Shown one piece after another: positions 1-8,558 of a stretch of DNA of 64,000 bases. This DNA is from Staphylococcus phage S6: sequence record LC680885.1; one strand, given 5' to 3'. The notes under the pieces were generated by a model. It did not search any database. It had not been told where the DNA came from and saw only the letters and a program-made list of their open reading frames with translations. The position numbers were made by a program, and so were the translations under genes. Position 1 is the stretch's first letter. Each line of letters begins with the position of its first letter.

Positions 1-96
1 TTTTTTATGAGAAGTAAGAGAGAATGTAGTACCATTGAAGCTATGATAATAAGTAGTGGAGGGAAAGTTCTTAGTCATAAAAAGCTCTAATCCTTT

Positions 97-1446
97 ATGA
101 ACATTTCTTTATTCTTAGATAAAGGGATGATAACAATGAATAAAGGAAGAACAATACCAAAAGAAGTTTTTGTTGAAAGGTTAAATAATTTAGATGACAT
201 TGATAAGTATGAATTCCTTATAGAAGATTATAAAGGAGTTACTAAGAAATATACTTTTAAACATACAGAATGTGATCATGAATTTCAAATGACCGGAAAA
301 AACTTTTTAAATGGACAAAGATGTCCAAAATGTGCTCAAAATAAAAGAAACCAATCAAATGTCTTGGAAGATGAAAAAATAATCAATAGGGTTAAAGATT
401 TAAATTTTGATATTATTAAATATAATGGTAAGACTCTTAAAAATGATTTTATGTGTAAAAAATGTAATTATGAATTTAATTGCACCTTTAAATTCCTTTT
501 CTCACAAAAAGAGTGTCCTTACTGTGGACTAAAAAAGGTTGATAAAATCAATAAGAATATCGATAGCTTACAAAGAAAGCTAGATGAAAAAGGATATACT
601 TTAGATATTATACCAGAGTATTTTAATTATACTAAAAAATCTAAATTCAAATGTAGAAATTGTAATGAGTACCTATTAGAATATTATAATAATATTAAAA
701 ATTTAAATAAACCTCAGAATTGTAAATGTTTCGTAAAGAAACGATTAAACATGCTTCCAAGTTATAAGAAGAAATTAGAAAAATATGATAGTGATTACAA
801 AATCTTTGATGAGACTTATATAAACTCTAAAACGCCATGTAAATTTAAACATTTAACTTGTGGTACTGAATTCCAAAAAAGACCGGCTGACTTCTTTTCA
901 AATAGTCAAAAATGTCCTAAATGCGTTATGATTAATAAGAATAAGTATACAGATAAACAAGTTGAGAATATATTGTCTGATACTATGTTTGAAATTACCG
1001 GAGAATATTTTGGAAGTAAAGAAAAAACTGAGTTTAAATGTATGAATTGTGGACATGATTTCACATCAACTCTGATGTCTATATTAAATGGGAAAAAATG
1101 CGGTAAATGTGATTCTAGAGAAAGTTTAGGAGAATCTAGAATCAACAAATTCCTAGTTGACAACAATATAGATTTTGAAAGAGAAAAGTCATTTGATGGT
1201 TTAGAGTATAAATCTAAATTGAGATTTGATTTCTATGTAAAAGACAAAAACCTTCTTATAGAATTTGATGGAGCACAACATTTTGGTCCTATTGAAATAT
1301 TTGGTGGGGAAGATAGATTTAACGAAGATCAAATAAGAGACAATTTAAAAAATAAATACTGCCAAGATAATAACATTGATCTCCTTAGAATCCCTTATAC
1401 AGATATAAGAAATATTGATAAAATATTAGAGCAGAAATTTTTATGA
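97..1446 (+). CDS. Homing-endonuclease-like protein: five tandem zinc ribbons (H/C-x2-C...CPKC) plus a C-terminal Vsr/DUF559-like PD-(D/E)xK nuclease (RFDFYV...LIEFDGAQH)
   Basis: Five repeated CxxC...CxxC modules are visible in the translation. The C-terminal R.DF..IEFDG.QH pattern is typical of the DUF559/Vsr-like fold. The ORF is free-standing and has no SD. Confidence 0.6.
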   Translation: MNISLFLDKGMITMNKGRTIPKEVFVERLNNLDDIDKYEFLIEDYKGVTKKYTFKHTECDHEFQMTGKNFLNGQRCPKCAQNKRNQSNVLEDEKIINRVKDLNFDIIKYNGKTLKNDFMCKKCNYEFNCTFKFLFSQKECPYCGLKKVDKINKNIDSLQRKLDEKGYTLDIIPEYFNYTKKSKFKCRNCNEYLLEYYNNIKNLNKPQNCKCFVKKRLNMLPSYKKKLEKYDSDYKIFDETYINSKTPCKFKHLTCGTEFQKRPADFFSNSQKCPKCVMINKNKYTDKQVENILSDTMFEITGEYFGSKEKTEFKCMNCGHDFTSTLMSILNGKKCGKCDSRESLGESRINKFLVDNNIDFEREKSFDGLEYKSKLRFDFYVKDKNLLIEFDGAQHFGPIEIFGGEDRFNEDQIRDNLKNKYCQDNNIDLLRIPYTDIRNIDKILEQKFL

Positions 1447-1585
1447 TGGAAAGCCGTATGAGGCGAAAGTCTCACGTACGGTTTGGTGCAGGGGAAAAGA
1501 GGTACGTTTAGTATACTCTTACCTATTGCAATAACAATTACTTTCGAAGAAGAATGCATACAGTTTAGATGCTTCAACTAGATCA
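1447..1585 (+). ncRNA. GC-rich structured RNA segment, candidate 3' core (P7-P9-like) of a group I intron
   Basis: Hairpin ccgtatgag-gcgaaagt-ctca(cg)tacgg with a GNRA-type loop, followed by ggtgcaggggaaaagaggtacg. Local GC is well above the window average. Confidence 0.4.
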
Positions 1586-1894
1586 ATGAAGACAGGTCAA
1601 TTAACTTCATCTGACAAAGTGGCAAGTGTATCAAATATGGAAGCTTCTGCATTGAAAGCTATTGGAGCTCAAGATATCTTAAGAGAATTGATGGGTCCAC
1701 GTTCAGACTCTATGAATGCTAAGCAAGAATTAAATAAAAACATCTCTATGTATGGATATTCTCGTTTAGAGGATTTACCAGATGATCTTTCTGATAAGAC
1801 TACATTAAATACTACTTTCTATTATTTACTTGGTGCTGGTATAGAATCTGATTTACTTAAAGACACTAGACCTGATTATGATCAAGAAGAATAA
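1535..1894 (+). CDS. Exon-like ORF (open from 1535, first ATG at 1586) with no ribosome-binding site; putative downstream exon of an intron-split gene
   Basis: No AGGAG within 20 nt of ATG 1586, unlike almost every other gene here. The reading frame stays open upstream to 1535, into the structured segment. Confidence 0.35.
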   Translation, partial: QLLSKKNAYSLDASTRSMKTGQLTSSDKVASVSNMEASALKAIGAQDILRELMGPRSDSMNAKQELNKNISMYGYSRLEDLPDDLSDKTTLNTTFYYLLGAGIESDLLKDTRPDYDQEE

Positions 1895-1900
1895 TAAATA

Positions 1901-1910
1901 TATATTATAA
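1901..1910 (+). promoter_or_regulatory. TATATTATAA motif (candidate phage-RNAP promoter core)
   Basis: Exact 10-mer in an intergenic region, followed by a hairpin and then SD+ATG. Confidence 0.35.
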
Positions 1911-1914
1911 AAAT

Positions 1915-1951
1915 GAGGTAATGACATTAGCTTGTCATTACCTCTAATATA
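1915..1951 (+). repeat. Conserved hairpin element, copy 1 (gaggtaatgaca-ttagct-tgtcattacctc-taatata)
   Basis: 12 bp perfect stem with a conserved 3' flank. Confidence 0.7.
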
Positions 1952-1978
1952 TTTAAATAATAGGAGAGTGTTTTGGAT

Positions 1979-2407
1979 ATGGAAAAAGTTATAGAAAATA
2001 CGGTAAAAGAATTAAGAGAATTGGCAGTAAAAGAAATAGAGTTTTTTGGTGAACCTGAAATAAACGTATTTCATATTAATGGATATACACTTATAAGCTT
2101 AAGTAGAGATTTTTATCTTTTCACATCAGTTAAAGATGATAATAAAGAGATTTTAAACGCATTATTAAAAGATGATTTATTTAATTATTTTGATGAATAT
2201 GATAATAAATTTGGATTTTTCGTATATTATGAAACTGTTGTAGATAAAAAGACAAATAAAAAAGGAGAATGGAAGAATCTCAAACACTTAATAGATACTT
2301 TTGAATGGGAAAATGGAGACCTTTTAGAATTTGTAAAGGAAGAAAATTTATCAGTGAATGAGTCGTTAAAGAAAAAAGAATTAAGAGAATCTACAGAAGA
2401 ATTATAA
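1979..2407 (+). CDS. Hypothetical acidic protein
   Basis: SD taggagagtg 9 nt upstream of ATG 1979. The ORF track starts at TTG 1973. Confidence 0.6.
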   Translation: MEKVIENTVKELRELAVKEIEFFGEPEINVFHINGYTLISLSRDFYLFTSVKDDNKEILNALLKDDLFNYFDEYDNKFGFFVYYETVVDKKTNKKGEWKNLKHLIDTFEWENGDLLEFVKEENLSVNESLKKKELRESTEEL

Positions 2408-2475
2408 AATTGAGTAGAACATATAAGTATCCTTAAGTTCATACAATTTATATGAATTTAGAAAGGAGTAACTAT

Positions 2476-2625
2476 ATGATTACTTGGTTAATAGCTATAC
2501 TAGTAGTTTTATTAATACTAGGTATTATATTCCGTGGACTGTTAGCAGTAATACCACCTATGGGATGGTCTGGAATTGTAGTTGCAATCTTAGTTATATT
2601 AGTAGTATTTTACCTATTCAGGTAG
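2476..2625 (+). CDS. Small hydrophobic peptide (49 aa, 2 TM), not in the ORF track
   Basis: SD gaaaggag 7 nt upstream of ATG 2476. Translation MITWLIAILVVLLILGIIFRGLLAVIPPMGWSGIVVAILVILVVFYLFR. It ends right at a conserved hairpin. Confidence 0.5.
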   Translation: MITWLIAILVVLLILGIIFRGLLAVIPPMGWSGIVVAILVILVVFYLFR

Positions 2626-2630
2626 ATAAA

Positions 2631-2668
2631 GAGGTAATGGCATATTATATGTCATTACCTCTAATATA
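2631..2668 (+). repeat. Conserved hairpin element, copy 2 (stem with a G·U-compatible substitution)
   Basis: gaggtaatggcat-attat-atgtcattacctc-taatata. Confidence 0.7.
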
Positions 2669-2761
2669 TCGCAATTAAAGTATTTTCAAGCATATATTAT
2701 TTAAATGAGATAATGATTATACCAATCATTATCTTTTAATAAAAAACGGGAGGTATAAGGT

Positions 2762-3052
2762 ATGAAAGAATTAACAAGTTCAGTAGAAAAAGCAGCAGGT
2801 ACAAGTTGGAGTGCGTTAGTAACACATCAAGTTTTTATAGGGTTAGGTTTAGTTTTATTAAGTTTAATCGTATTTGCTATTTTGTATTATGCATTTAAAA
2901 AATTAAATGTCATGAATAACTTATCACCTATCATTGTATTGGTAGTTATTTTAGTTATTGGAATTGATTTGGCTTTATTCGGATACGGTTTAATGCATAT
3001 ATTTAATCCAGGATATTATGCATTACAAGAAATTAAAGAAGTCATTAAATAA
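2762..3052 (+). CDS. Small membrane protein (2-3 TM)
   Basis: SD gggagg upstream. Hydrophobic segments are present. A terminator follows at 3075. Confidence 0.6.
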   Translation: MKELTSSVEKAAGTSWSALVTHQVFIGLGLVLLSLIVFAILYYAFKKLNVMNNLSPIIVLVVILVIGIDLALFGYGLMHIFNPGYYALQEIKEVIK

Positions 3053-3074
3053 ATGATTTCAATGAATCAATACA

Positions 3075-3120
3075 ATAATAGATAATAATTAAAAAAGTTA
3101 TTATCTATTATTATTTTTAA
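3075..3120 (+). terminator. Rho-independent terminator
   Basis: 15 bp stem aataatagataataa/ttattatctattatt followed by attttt. Confidence 0.6.
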
Positions 3121-3140
3121 ACTAGGAGAGTGAAATTGAT

Positions 3141-3488
3141 ATGAATAAAGATTATGAAAAAGTAAAGCTAAATTCTATAAATGAAATATTGGGAGGAGTG
3201 GATATTGAATCTTCTTTATATAGATTTTGGGAAATATATAGCAAGAAATATGATGAATATGTTTATTTAGTTTTTGAAGACATAGATTATGAAAATAATT
3301 ATAACAATACAGTTAATATTAAAGGGATATTTAGAATTGACACTTCTGATAAATCTTTATTATTTGAAGATGAATTTACATTCAATAATGTATTGGTAAC
3401 GGATTCAGCTGAGGATTTTGGTATTAGAGTAGATAACTATGCATATGATGATCTAATAAAACATCTAGAGGAAAATAAAATTATTTAA
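3141..3488 (+). CDS. Hypothetical protein
   Basis: SD ggagagtg followed by ATG. Confidence 0.6.
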   Translation: MNKDYEKVKLNSINEILGGVDIESSLYRFWEIYSKKYDEYVYLVFEDIDYENNYNNTVNIKGIFRIDTSDKSLLFEDEFTFNNVLVTDSAEDFGIRVDNYAYDDLIKHLEENKII

Positions 3489-3509
3489 AATTATAGGAGA
3501 TGAATAGAT

Positions 3510-3797
3510 ATGAGAAAAGAATTAAGTGATTATATTAATAAGGAAAAATTGGATGCATTAAGTATATCTTTACAAGGAGATGATTTTGATTCTTTAGAAC
3601 CAAAAGCTAAAGAAGAAGTATTTGAAAAATACTTAAAATTAGAAAAATTACATGTAGAATTTAGATATGAAGAATCATTAAGTAAAATTGCAGAATCTTT
3701 GAAAGATATTTCACGTAAAGAAAATAATTCAGATTCAAGTAATGTAGATAAAGACGCTATTTTATCAGCTTTAAAGAATTTTGCACGTAAAATTTAA
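3510..3797 (+). CDS. Hypothetical protein, paralog of 3817..4074
   Basis: SD ggagatg. Shares a D-x-L-x-A-I/L-S-x-x-L motif with the next ORF. Confidence 0.55.
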   Translation: MRKELSDYINKEKLDALSISLQGDDFDSLEPKAKEEVFEKYLKLEKLHVEFRYEESLSKIAESLKDISRKENNSDSSNVDKDAILSALKNFARKI

Positions 3798-3816
3798 ATA
3801 GAGAGTAGGTAAAACA

Positions 3817-4074
3817 TTGGATGAAATAAGACAAATAGAAAAATATGTAGATGTAGAAAAATTAAATGCAATAAGTAATTATCTCTTTAGAAGCGATTTT
3901 GAAAGTTCTAGATTAGGAGAAGTTCAAAGAAAAGAAGTTTTAGAAGTTTATATGGTAATGGATAAAAATGACATTCAACATTATTTAGCTAAGAAAATTG
4001 AAGAAAATGGAGATAAACTTTGTAATTCTCTAAGTGAATTTGAAGAATTAATAAAAAGGATAAAGGGGATGTAA
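3817..4074 (+). CDS. Hypothetical protein, paralog of 3510..3797
   Basis: TTG start in the track. Similar N-terminal motif (EKLNAISNYLFRSDFES vs EKLDALSISLQGDDFDS). Confidence 0.45.
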   Translation: MDEIRQIEKYVDVEKLNAISNYLFRSDFESSRLGEVQRKEVLEVYMVMDKNDIQHYLAKKIEENGDKLCNSLSEFEELIKRIKGM

Positions 4075-4080
4075 ATTAAA

Positions 4081-4455
4081 ATGAAAAAATTAATGATTTT
4101 AGGTCTAACAATATTTTTAACAGTTATTTTAGCAGCATGTAGTGGTGAAGAAAAGAACCCTAGTGAAGAAACAGCAAAAGGAGATAGTTATAAATTAATA
4201 TATTACGAAATTTTAAATAATGGAGATAGTGATTATCCTAGAGTGGAAATTGCTTATGAAAATAGAATTAAAGAAGTTCAATCCGAATCTATTGATATCG
4301 ATAATTTAATTGAGCATGTCTCAAAAGATCCAAAAGAAAAACCTAAATTAGTTATTGACGGTGATGAGTATCATGTATATAGACAACCTTACATGACTTA
4401 TAATCAAGAAGATATTGAAGGTGAAGTAGAAAGTAAAGAGGAAGTGAAAAAATAA
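4081..4455 (+). CDS. Lipoprotein
   Basis: Signal peptide ending in the lipobox LAAC|SG. Confidence 0.65.
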   Translation: MKKLMILGLTIFLTVILAACSGEEKNPSEETAKGDSYKLIYYEILNNGDSDYPRVEIAYENRIKEVQSESIDIDNLIEHVSKDPKEKPKLVIDGDEYHVYRQPYMTYNQEDIEGEVESKEEVKK

Positions 4456-5051
4456 TGAAAAAGTTTTCTATGATCCTAGTATCAATAATTACATTATTAG
4501 CATTCGTTAGTCAAGATGCATTAGCTATTGGAAGTTCAACTTCCAGTAGTTCTTCATCTTCTTCATCAGTCAGCTCATCTGCATCGAGATCATCAACTTC
4601 ATCAAGTATGAGTTCTTCATCATCAGCAAGTAGATCAGCTATGCAAAGTAGTATGAATGCTCAAAATAATGCTAACAGTGCAAGTAGAAATAGTTCATTG
4701 AACAGTAGTATGAGTAGAAATAATTCATCATTTTCATTAACTAACCCAAATAGTATGTATAATAGAAATAATCAAATGAATTCATATAATTCACAGCTTA
4801 GACAAAGTAATTATATGAATAATATGTTGATGTACTATTTATTATTTAATGGTATTAATAATCAAAATAACTTAAAGAAACAGAAATCAATTTTAATGAA
4901 TCAAATGAATAAAGATCAAAAGTTATATACAGTGACAATTAAAACTAAAGATAATAAAAAGCAATTGTTAACTGTCACTAAAAAGGATTATGATAAAATT
5001 AAAGAAGGAGATACTGTTAAATATTCTAATAATAAATTAGAAATAAAATAA
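4455..5051 (+). CDS. Secreted low-complexity Ser/Asn/Met-rich protein
   Basis: Signal peptide MKKFSMILVSIITLLAFVSQDALA, followed by a poly-Ser stretch and an N/Q/M-rich region. Start overlaps the upstream stop (ATAATGA). Confidence 0.6.
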   Translation: MKKFSMILVSIITLLAFVSQDALAIGSSTSSSSSSSSSVSSSASRSSTSSSMSSSSSASRSAMQSSMNAQNNANSASRNSSLNSSMSRNNSSFSLTNPNSMYNRNNQMNSYNSQLRQSNYMNNMLMYYLLFNGINNQNNLKKQKSILMNQMNKDQKLYTVTIKTKDNKKQLLTVTKKDYDKIKEGDTVKYSNNKLEIK

Positions 5052-5069
5052 TAAAAGGGAGATTATATT

Positions 5070-5441
5070 ATGAAAAAATTTGGAGAAGTATTTAGCAAAA
5101 AAGAAGCAGCAAAATTATTAATTGAATTAAATAAAAATGCATGGTATCCATCAGAGCCAGGTAGTGCGTTTAGTAGTCTTCTTGTTGATGGGAAAACACT
5201 ATCAAGATACAATTTAGATTTTGAAAAAGAATTCCATGATATGTTCTATTATGATACAGAATCTAATGCTATGGAAGAGGATGAAGACTATATCACTATC
5301 CCTGAAGTTAGTGATGATGTTATTGATTTTAATGCGGTATATGACATCTTGAAAGATCAGGATTTAATAAGCGGAGTAATTAATTTAAATTCGATTATTG
5401 GCAAAAGAATTAATGAATCATTTTGGAGAGTACATGGATAG
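5070..5441 (+). CDS. Hypothetical protein
   Basis: SD aagggag followed by ATG. Confidence 0.6.
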   Translation: MKKFGEVFSKKEAAKLLIELNKNAWYPSEPGSAFSSLLVDGKTLSRYNLDFEKEFHDMFYYDTESNAMEEDEDYITIPEVSDDVIDFNAVYDILKDQDLISGVINLNSIIGKRINESFWRVHG

Positions 5442-5473
5442 AAATAAAAATAATAATAGGAGATGAATTGGAA

Positions 5474-6250
5474 ATGGCAGAAAAAATTCTAAATTTAAAA
5501 ATAGTAGTAAGTAATGATTTAAAAGATGTATATGATACAAAATTATCTGGAGGAGGTTATAAAAATAATGAAATAATGGTATCAGAAAATGATATTTTAA
5601 AAATAAAATTAGATATTAAAGATGAACAAGGCAAAGAATTAAAATTAGAAGACATAAATCACTTAATAAGAGTTGGATCTAATGTTAAAAATATTAAAAG
5701 ACTTTTTGATAGAGTTTATAAAATAGATGAATTTTTTGAAAAAGATGGGAAATACTATTTATATAAAATAAAAGAAAATATGGACACTCAATGTTTAATG
5801 TTTAGCGTATACAATTTGGATTCAGAAATTGATGAAGACGTTTTAATGGACATCTTTATTTATAATGATAGTTTTCATAAGTCAGTATTAGGTGTAGTTA
5901 ACAGATATATTGAAAATAAAAAAGATGAAGATATAGTTAAAAAATTTGTATCTGATATCAGAAGTGATTTTGATGAAAAAGAAATTGAATATACAATAGA
6001 AAATATTGACGATTTACTTTTTAGTAGCAATGTTTTTGATTTATTAAATTACGTACATGAAAATAGTCATACTGACGAAGTTATTGATTGTTTTTCAAGC
6101 GAAATTCAAAAATCTTTAAGTGAATCAGTAAATGCTGAAAGTCGTGATGAAGATTATACTTTTGCTGAAGGCATAAATAATATTTTTGGAATTGCAGGGT
6201 TTTCTCTAACAAATGGTAAAGTTTTTAAATTTAATTACTTAAGTGTATAA
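5474..6250 (+). CDS. Hypothetical acidic protein
   Basis: SD taggagatgaattggaaATG. The track's 5423 TTG start lies inside the upstream gene and is probably wrong. Confidence 0.55.
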   Translation: MAEKILNLKIVVSNDLKDVYDTKLSGGGYKNNEIMVSENDILKIKLDIKDEQGKELKLEDINHLIRVGSNVKNIKRLFDRVYKIDEFFEKDGKYYLYKIKENMDTQCLMFSVYNLDSEIDEDVLMDIFIYNDSFHKSVLGVVNRYIENKKDEDIVKKFVSDIRSDFDEKEIEYTIENIDDLLFSSNVFDLLNYVHENSHTDEVIDCFSSEIQKSLSESVNAESRDEDYTFAEGINNIFGIAGFSLTNGKVFKFNYLSV

Positions 6251-6276
6251 TATTAATATTAGGAGATGAATTAGAT

Positions 6277-7371
6277 ATGGAAAATAACAAAAATGAATTA
6301 ATTAGCAGAGAGAATATTTCACCAGAAGTTTTTAAAAAGGTTGATGAAATTAATATACTTGATAAGAAATCTATTATTGAGTATGGACATGAAGTACAAG
6401 ATAAGTTATCTAAAGAATCAGATAAAGTATTAAAGAATATTAAAGAAAATGATTCTAATGAAAAGATTAATAAAGTATTAGATGATATGTTAGATGTATT
6501 TAACTCATATGATCCACAAAAGATTGATGAAAATATGAAACAAGAAGAAAAAGGTTTCATGGATAAAATTAAATCTATGTTTAATAAAGGTAAAGAAAAC
6601 TTAATCGGTAAAGAATTATCTAAAGTTGATTCAGCTTCAAATAATATGACTTTCATTGAAAGACAATTAAAAGAAAGTAGTTCTTCAGTTGATACTGCAA
6701 ATAAAAATTTAGATAATTTAATTCAATCTAATAAAGATTATTATGAGAACTTAAGTGAATATATTGAAGCAGCTAAATATAAGAAATTAGAGTTAACAGA
6801 TGAAATTCAAAAAGATACTGATGAAGTTAGAAATATTGAAGATGTTGGTGAAAAACAAAATCAAATTCAATTAGTATCTGATAAAGAACAAGGTTTAGAT
6901 AATCTTGATAAACGTATTTATGACTTAAGTACATCATTAGCTTTAGCAGAACAAAATGTATTTGAATTAGAAATGATTAAGAATATCAATTATAGTCTTA
7001 AAGAAAATATTAATAACTCTTTAGTAAATAGTATCCCTATCTGGAAATCTCAATTAACTAAAGCAGTAGTATTGATTCAACAACAACAATCAATTAAAAC
7101 TAATAAAGCTATTAGAGAAGCAACTTCTGATATTTTATTAAGTAACTCTAATATTCTTAAAGATAACGCAGTTCAGATGTATAATGAATCTAATAAATCA
7201 TTTATTGATATTGATGTTCTTAAACAAACTCAAAGTAATATGATTGAAATGACAGAAGATTTAAAACGTATGTCTGAAGAAGCTTATAATGAAAGATTAC
7301 GTGGATATGAAGAACTTAAAGAAATTAAGGAAGATAAAAAAGAATTAGAAAACAAGAAAATAGAAATGTAA
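6277..7371 (+). CDS. Coiled-coil protein, possibly TelA-like (low confidence)
   Basis: SD aggagatgaattagatATG. Long helical and coiled-coil composition. Confidence 0.5.
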   Translation: MENNKNELISRENISPEVFKKVDEINILDKKSIIEYGHEVQDKLSKESDKVLKNIKENDSNEKINKVLDDMLDVFNSYDPQKIDENMKQEEKGFMDKIKSMFNKGKENLIGKELSKVDSASNNMTFIERQLKESSSSVDTANKNLDNLIQSNKDYYENLSEYIEAAKYKKLELTDEIQKDTDEVRNIEDVGEKQNQIQLVSDKEQGLDNLDKRIYDLSTSLALAEQNVFELEMIKNINYSLKENINNSLVNSIPIWKSQLTKAVVLIQQQQSIKTNKAIREATSDILLSNSNILKDNAVQMYNESNKSFIDIDVLKQTQSNMIEMTEDLKRMSEEAYNERLRGYEELKEIKEDKKELENKKIEM

Positions 7372-7387
7372 GAAGGTGTATTATTAC

Positions 7388-8551
7388 ATGTTAGATATTT
7401 TAATCTATTCATTTTCTGGTTTCGCCATTGTAGGGGGCTCTGCAATGGCGATTTATAATGGAAATAAGTTAGTTAAAAAGAAAAAAAGAGTCTCACAAAA
7501 TGAATTAAAACTTAAAGATACAGAAGAATTAATTGATCTCAATGAAACTAAAATAATGGAAAAATTAAATGATTCTTATAAATTAGAAAATGCTTTTGAC
7601 TGTAAGGAAAGATACTACGCTTTACATTATCTATTGAGTCATCCAGAAATGGAATTCTATAAAGAAATAGCCACTCATGTTTATTCAGCTGTTTTAAATG
7701 AAAAAACTAATATTGGAGCTGAATATACTAAAGATTTATTTATTGAAGGGAAATCCTATGATAAAAGATTAGACTTATTGACATTCTCTTTAGTATACAA
7801 AAAAGATAGTAAATTTGAAATTAACAAAGAAAATGGAATTATGGAAGAGTTTAAAGATTTACTTGACACTAATATAGAAGATTTAGAGATGCTAGAAAGA
7901 GAAGGTTTTATATATACGAAAGATGACTCAGGCATATTTTATAAATATTTATTTTTCGGGACTAAAATACTAATCGGTTTAGTTAATTTACATGGTGATT
8001 ATTATATAACTATTATAGATGAAAAAGAAAACGTTTATATTAAAGATATGAAACTTGGTGAAGAGTTGGATGCTTTACAATATTTTGACGGAAGAAGGTT
8101 TTTGTATCATCCATTAGATTTCTTTATATTAGAAGATGGCGAATTACAACTATTAGATCCATATTCATATAATTTAGAACATGTTAACAATAAAAAAATA
8201 ATATTTGATCCTAAGTCTTATGATTCAGAACCTATAGGGAATAAGCGTATAAACTTATATCATGAAGACATAGAATTTAAAAAAGTTCCTTTTAACACTG
8301 AAGGATTATTAAATTATTTAAATAATGATGTTAAAATAGAAAATGATGATTTTATTTATCTTAAAGGAAACAAAGTGGAAAGAAATATAGATAAGAATCA
8401 TTGGTCGAATTTAATAGAAACTAATTATATGATGAATTATAGAGATAAAAAGAAATTCATGAAAAATATTCATAATAAATTAGTAGAAGAAAAAAGAATG
8501 AAAGATATTGAAGAATATAAAAGTTACTCTGAAATAGGGAGAAAGGAGTGA
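7388..8551 (+). CDS. Hypothetical protein
   Basis: SD gaaggtg. The track starts at GTG 7376; ATG 7388 is more likely. Confidence 0.5.
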   Translation: MLDILIYSFSGFAIVGGSAMAIYNGNKLVKKKKRVSQNELKLKDTEELIDLNETKIMEKLNDSYKLENAFDCKERYYALHYLLSHPEMEFYKEIATHVYSAVLNEKTNIGAEYTKDLFIEGKSYDKRLDLLTFSLVYKKDSKFEINKENGIMEEFKDLLDTNIEDLEMLEREGFIYTKDDSGIFYKYLFFGTKILIGLVNLHGDYYITIIDEKENVYIKDMKLGEELDALQYFDGRRFLYHPLDFFILEDGELQLLDPYSYNLEHVNNKKIIFDPKSYDSEPIGNKRINLYHEDIEFKKVPFNTEGLLNYLNNDVKIENDDFIYLKGNKVERNIDKNHWSNLIETNYMMNYRDKKKFMKNIHNKLVEEKRMKDIEEYKSYSEIGRKE

Positions 8552-8558
8552 AGATTCT

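Larger units (their letters stand above)
1..1585 (+). mobile_element. Putative group I intron, 5' end cut by the window edge; holds a free-standing homing-endonuclease ORF followed by a GC-rich structured 3' segment
   Basis: The HE ORF begins just after an in-frame stop at 88-90 and has no SD. Positions 1447-1560 are far more GC-rich than the surrounding ~25% GC DNA and are self-complementary. The ORF just downstream lacks an RBS. Confidence 0.4.

Noticed and set aside
906-1166. Minus-strand ORF inside the endonuclease gene
   Set aside because: Entirely antisense to a well-supported plus-strand ORF, no SD, low-complexity translation. Typical AT-rich antisense artefact.
1395-1577. Minus-strand ORF across the GC-rich structured segment
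   Set aside because: Overlaps the putative intron RNA core and has no SD. The region is better explained as structured RNA.
2484-2678. Plus-strand ORF from the track (MVNSYTSS...)
   Set aside because: A different frame (2476..2625) has an SD 7 nt upstream and encodes a clean 2-TM peptide that ends exactly at the conserved hairpin. The track ORF runs through the hairpin and has no SD.
5423-5473. Track start TTG 5423 for the 5474..6250 gene
   Set aside because: It lies within the 3' end of the upstream gene. The conserved SD block (ggagatgaattggaaATG) points to ATG 5474.
6231-6656. 141 aa minus-strand ORF
   Set aside because: Antisense to the SD-supported plus-strand gene 6277..7371, with an Ser/Leu/Phe-rich artefact composition.
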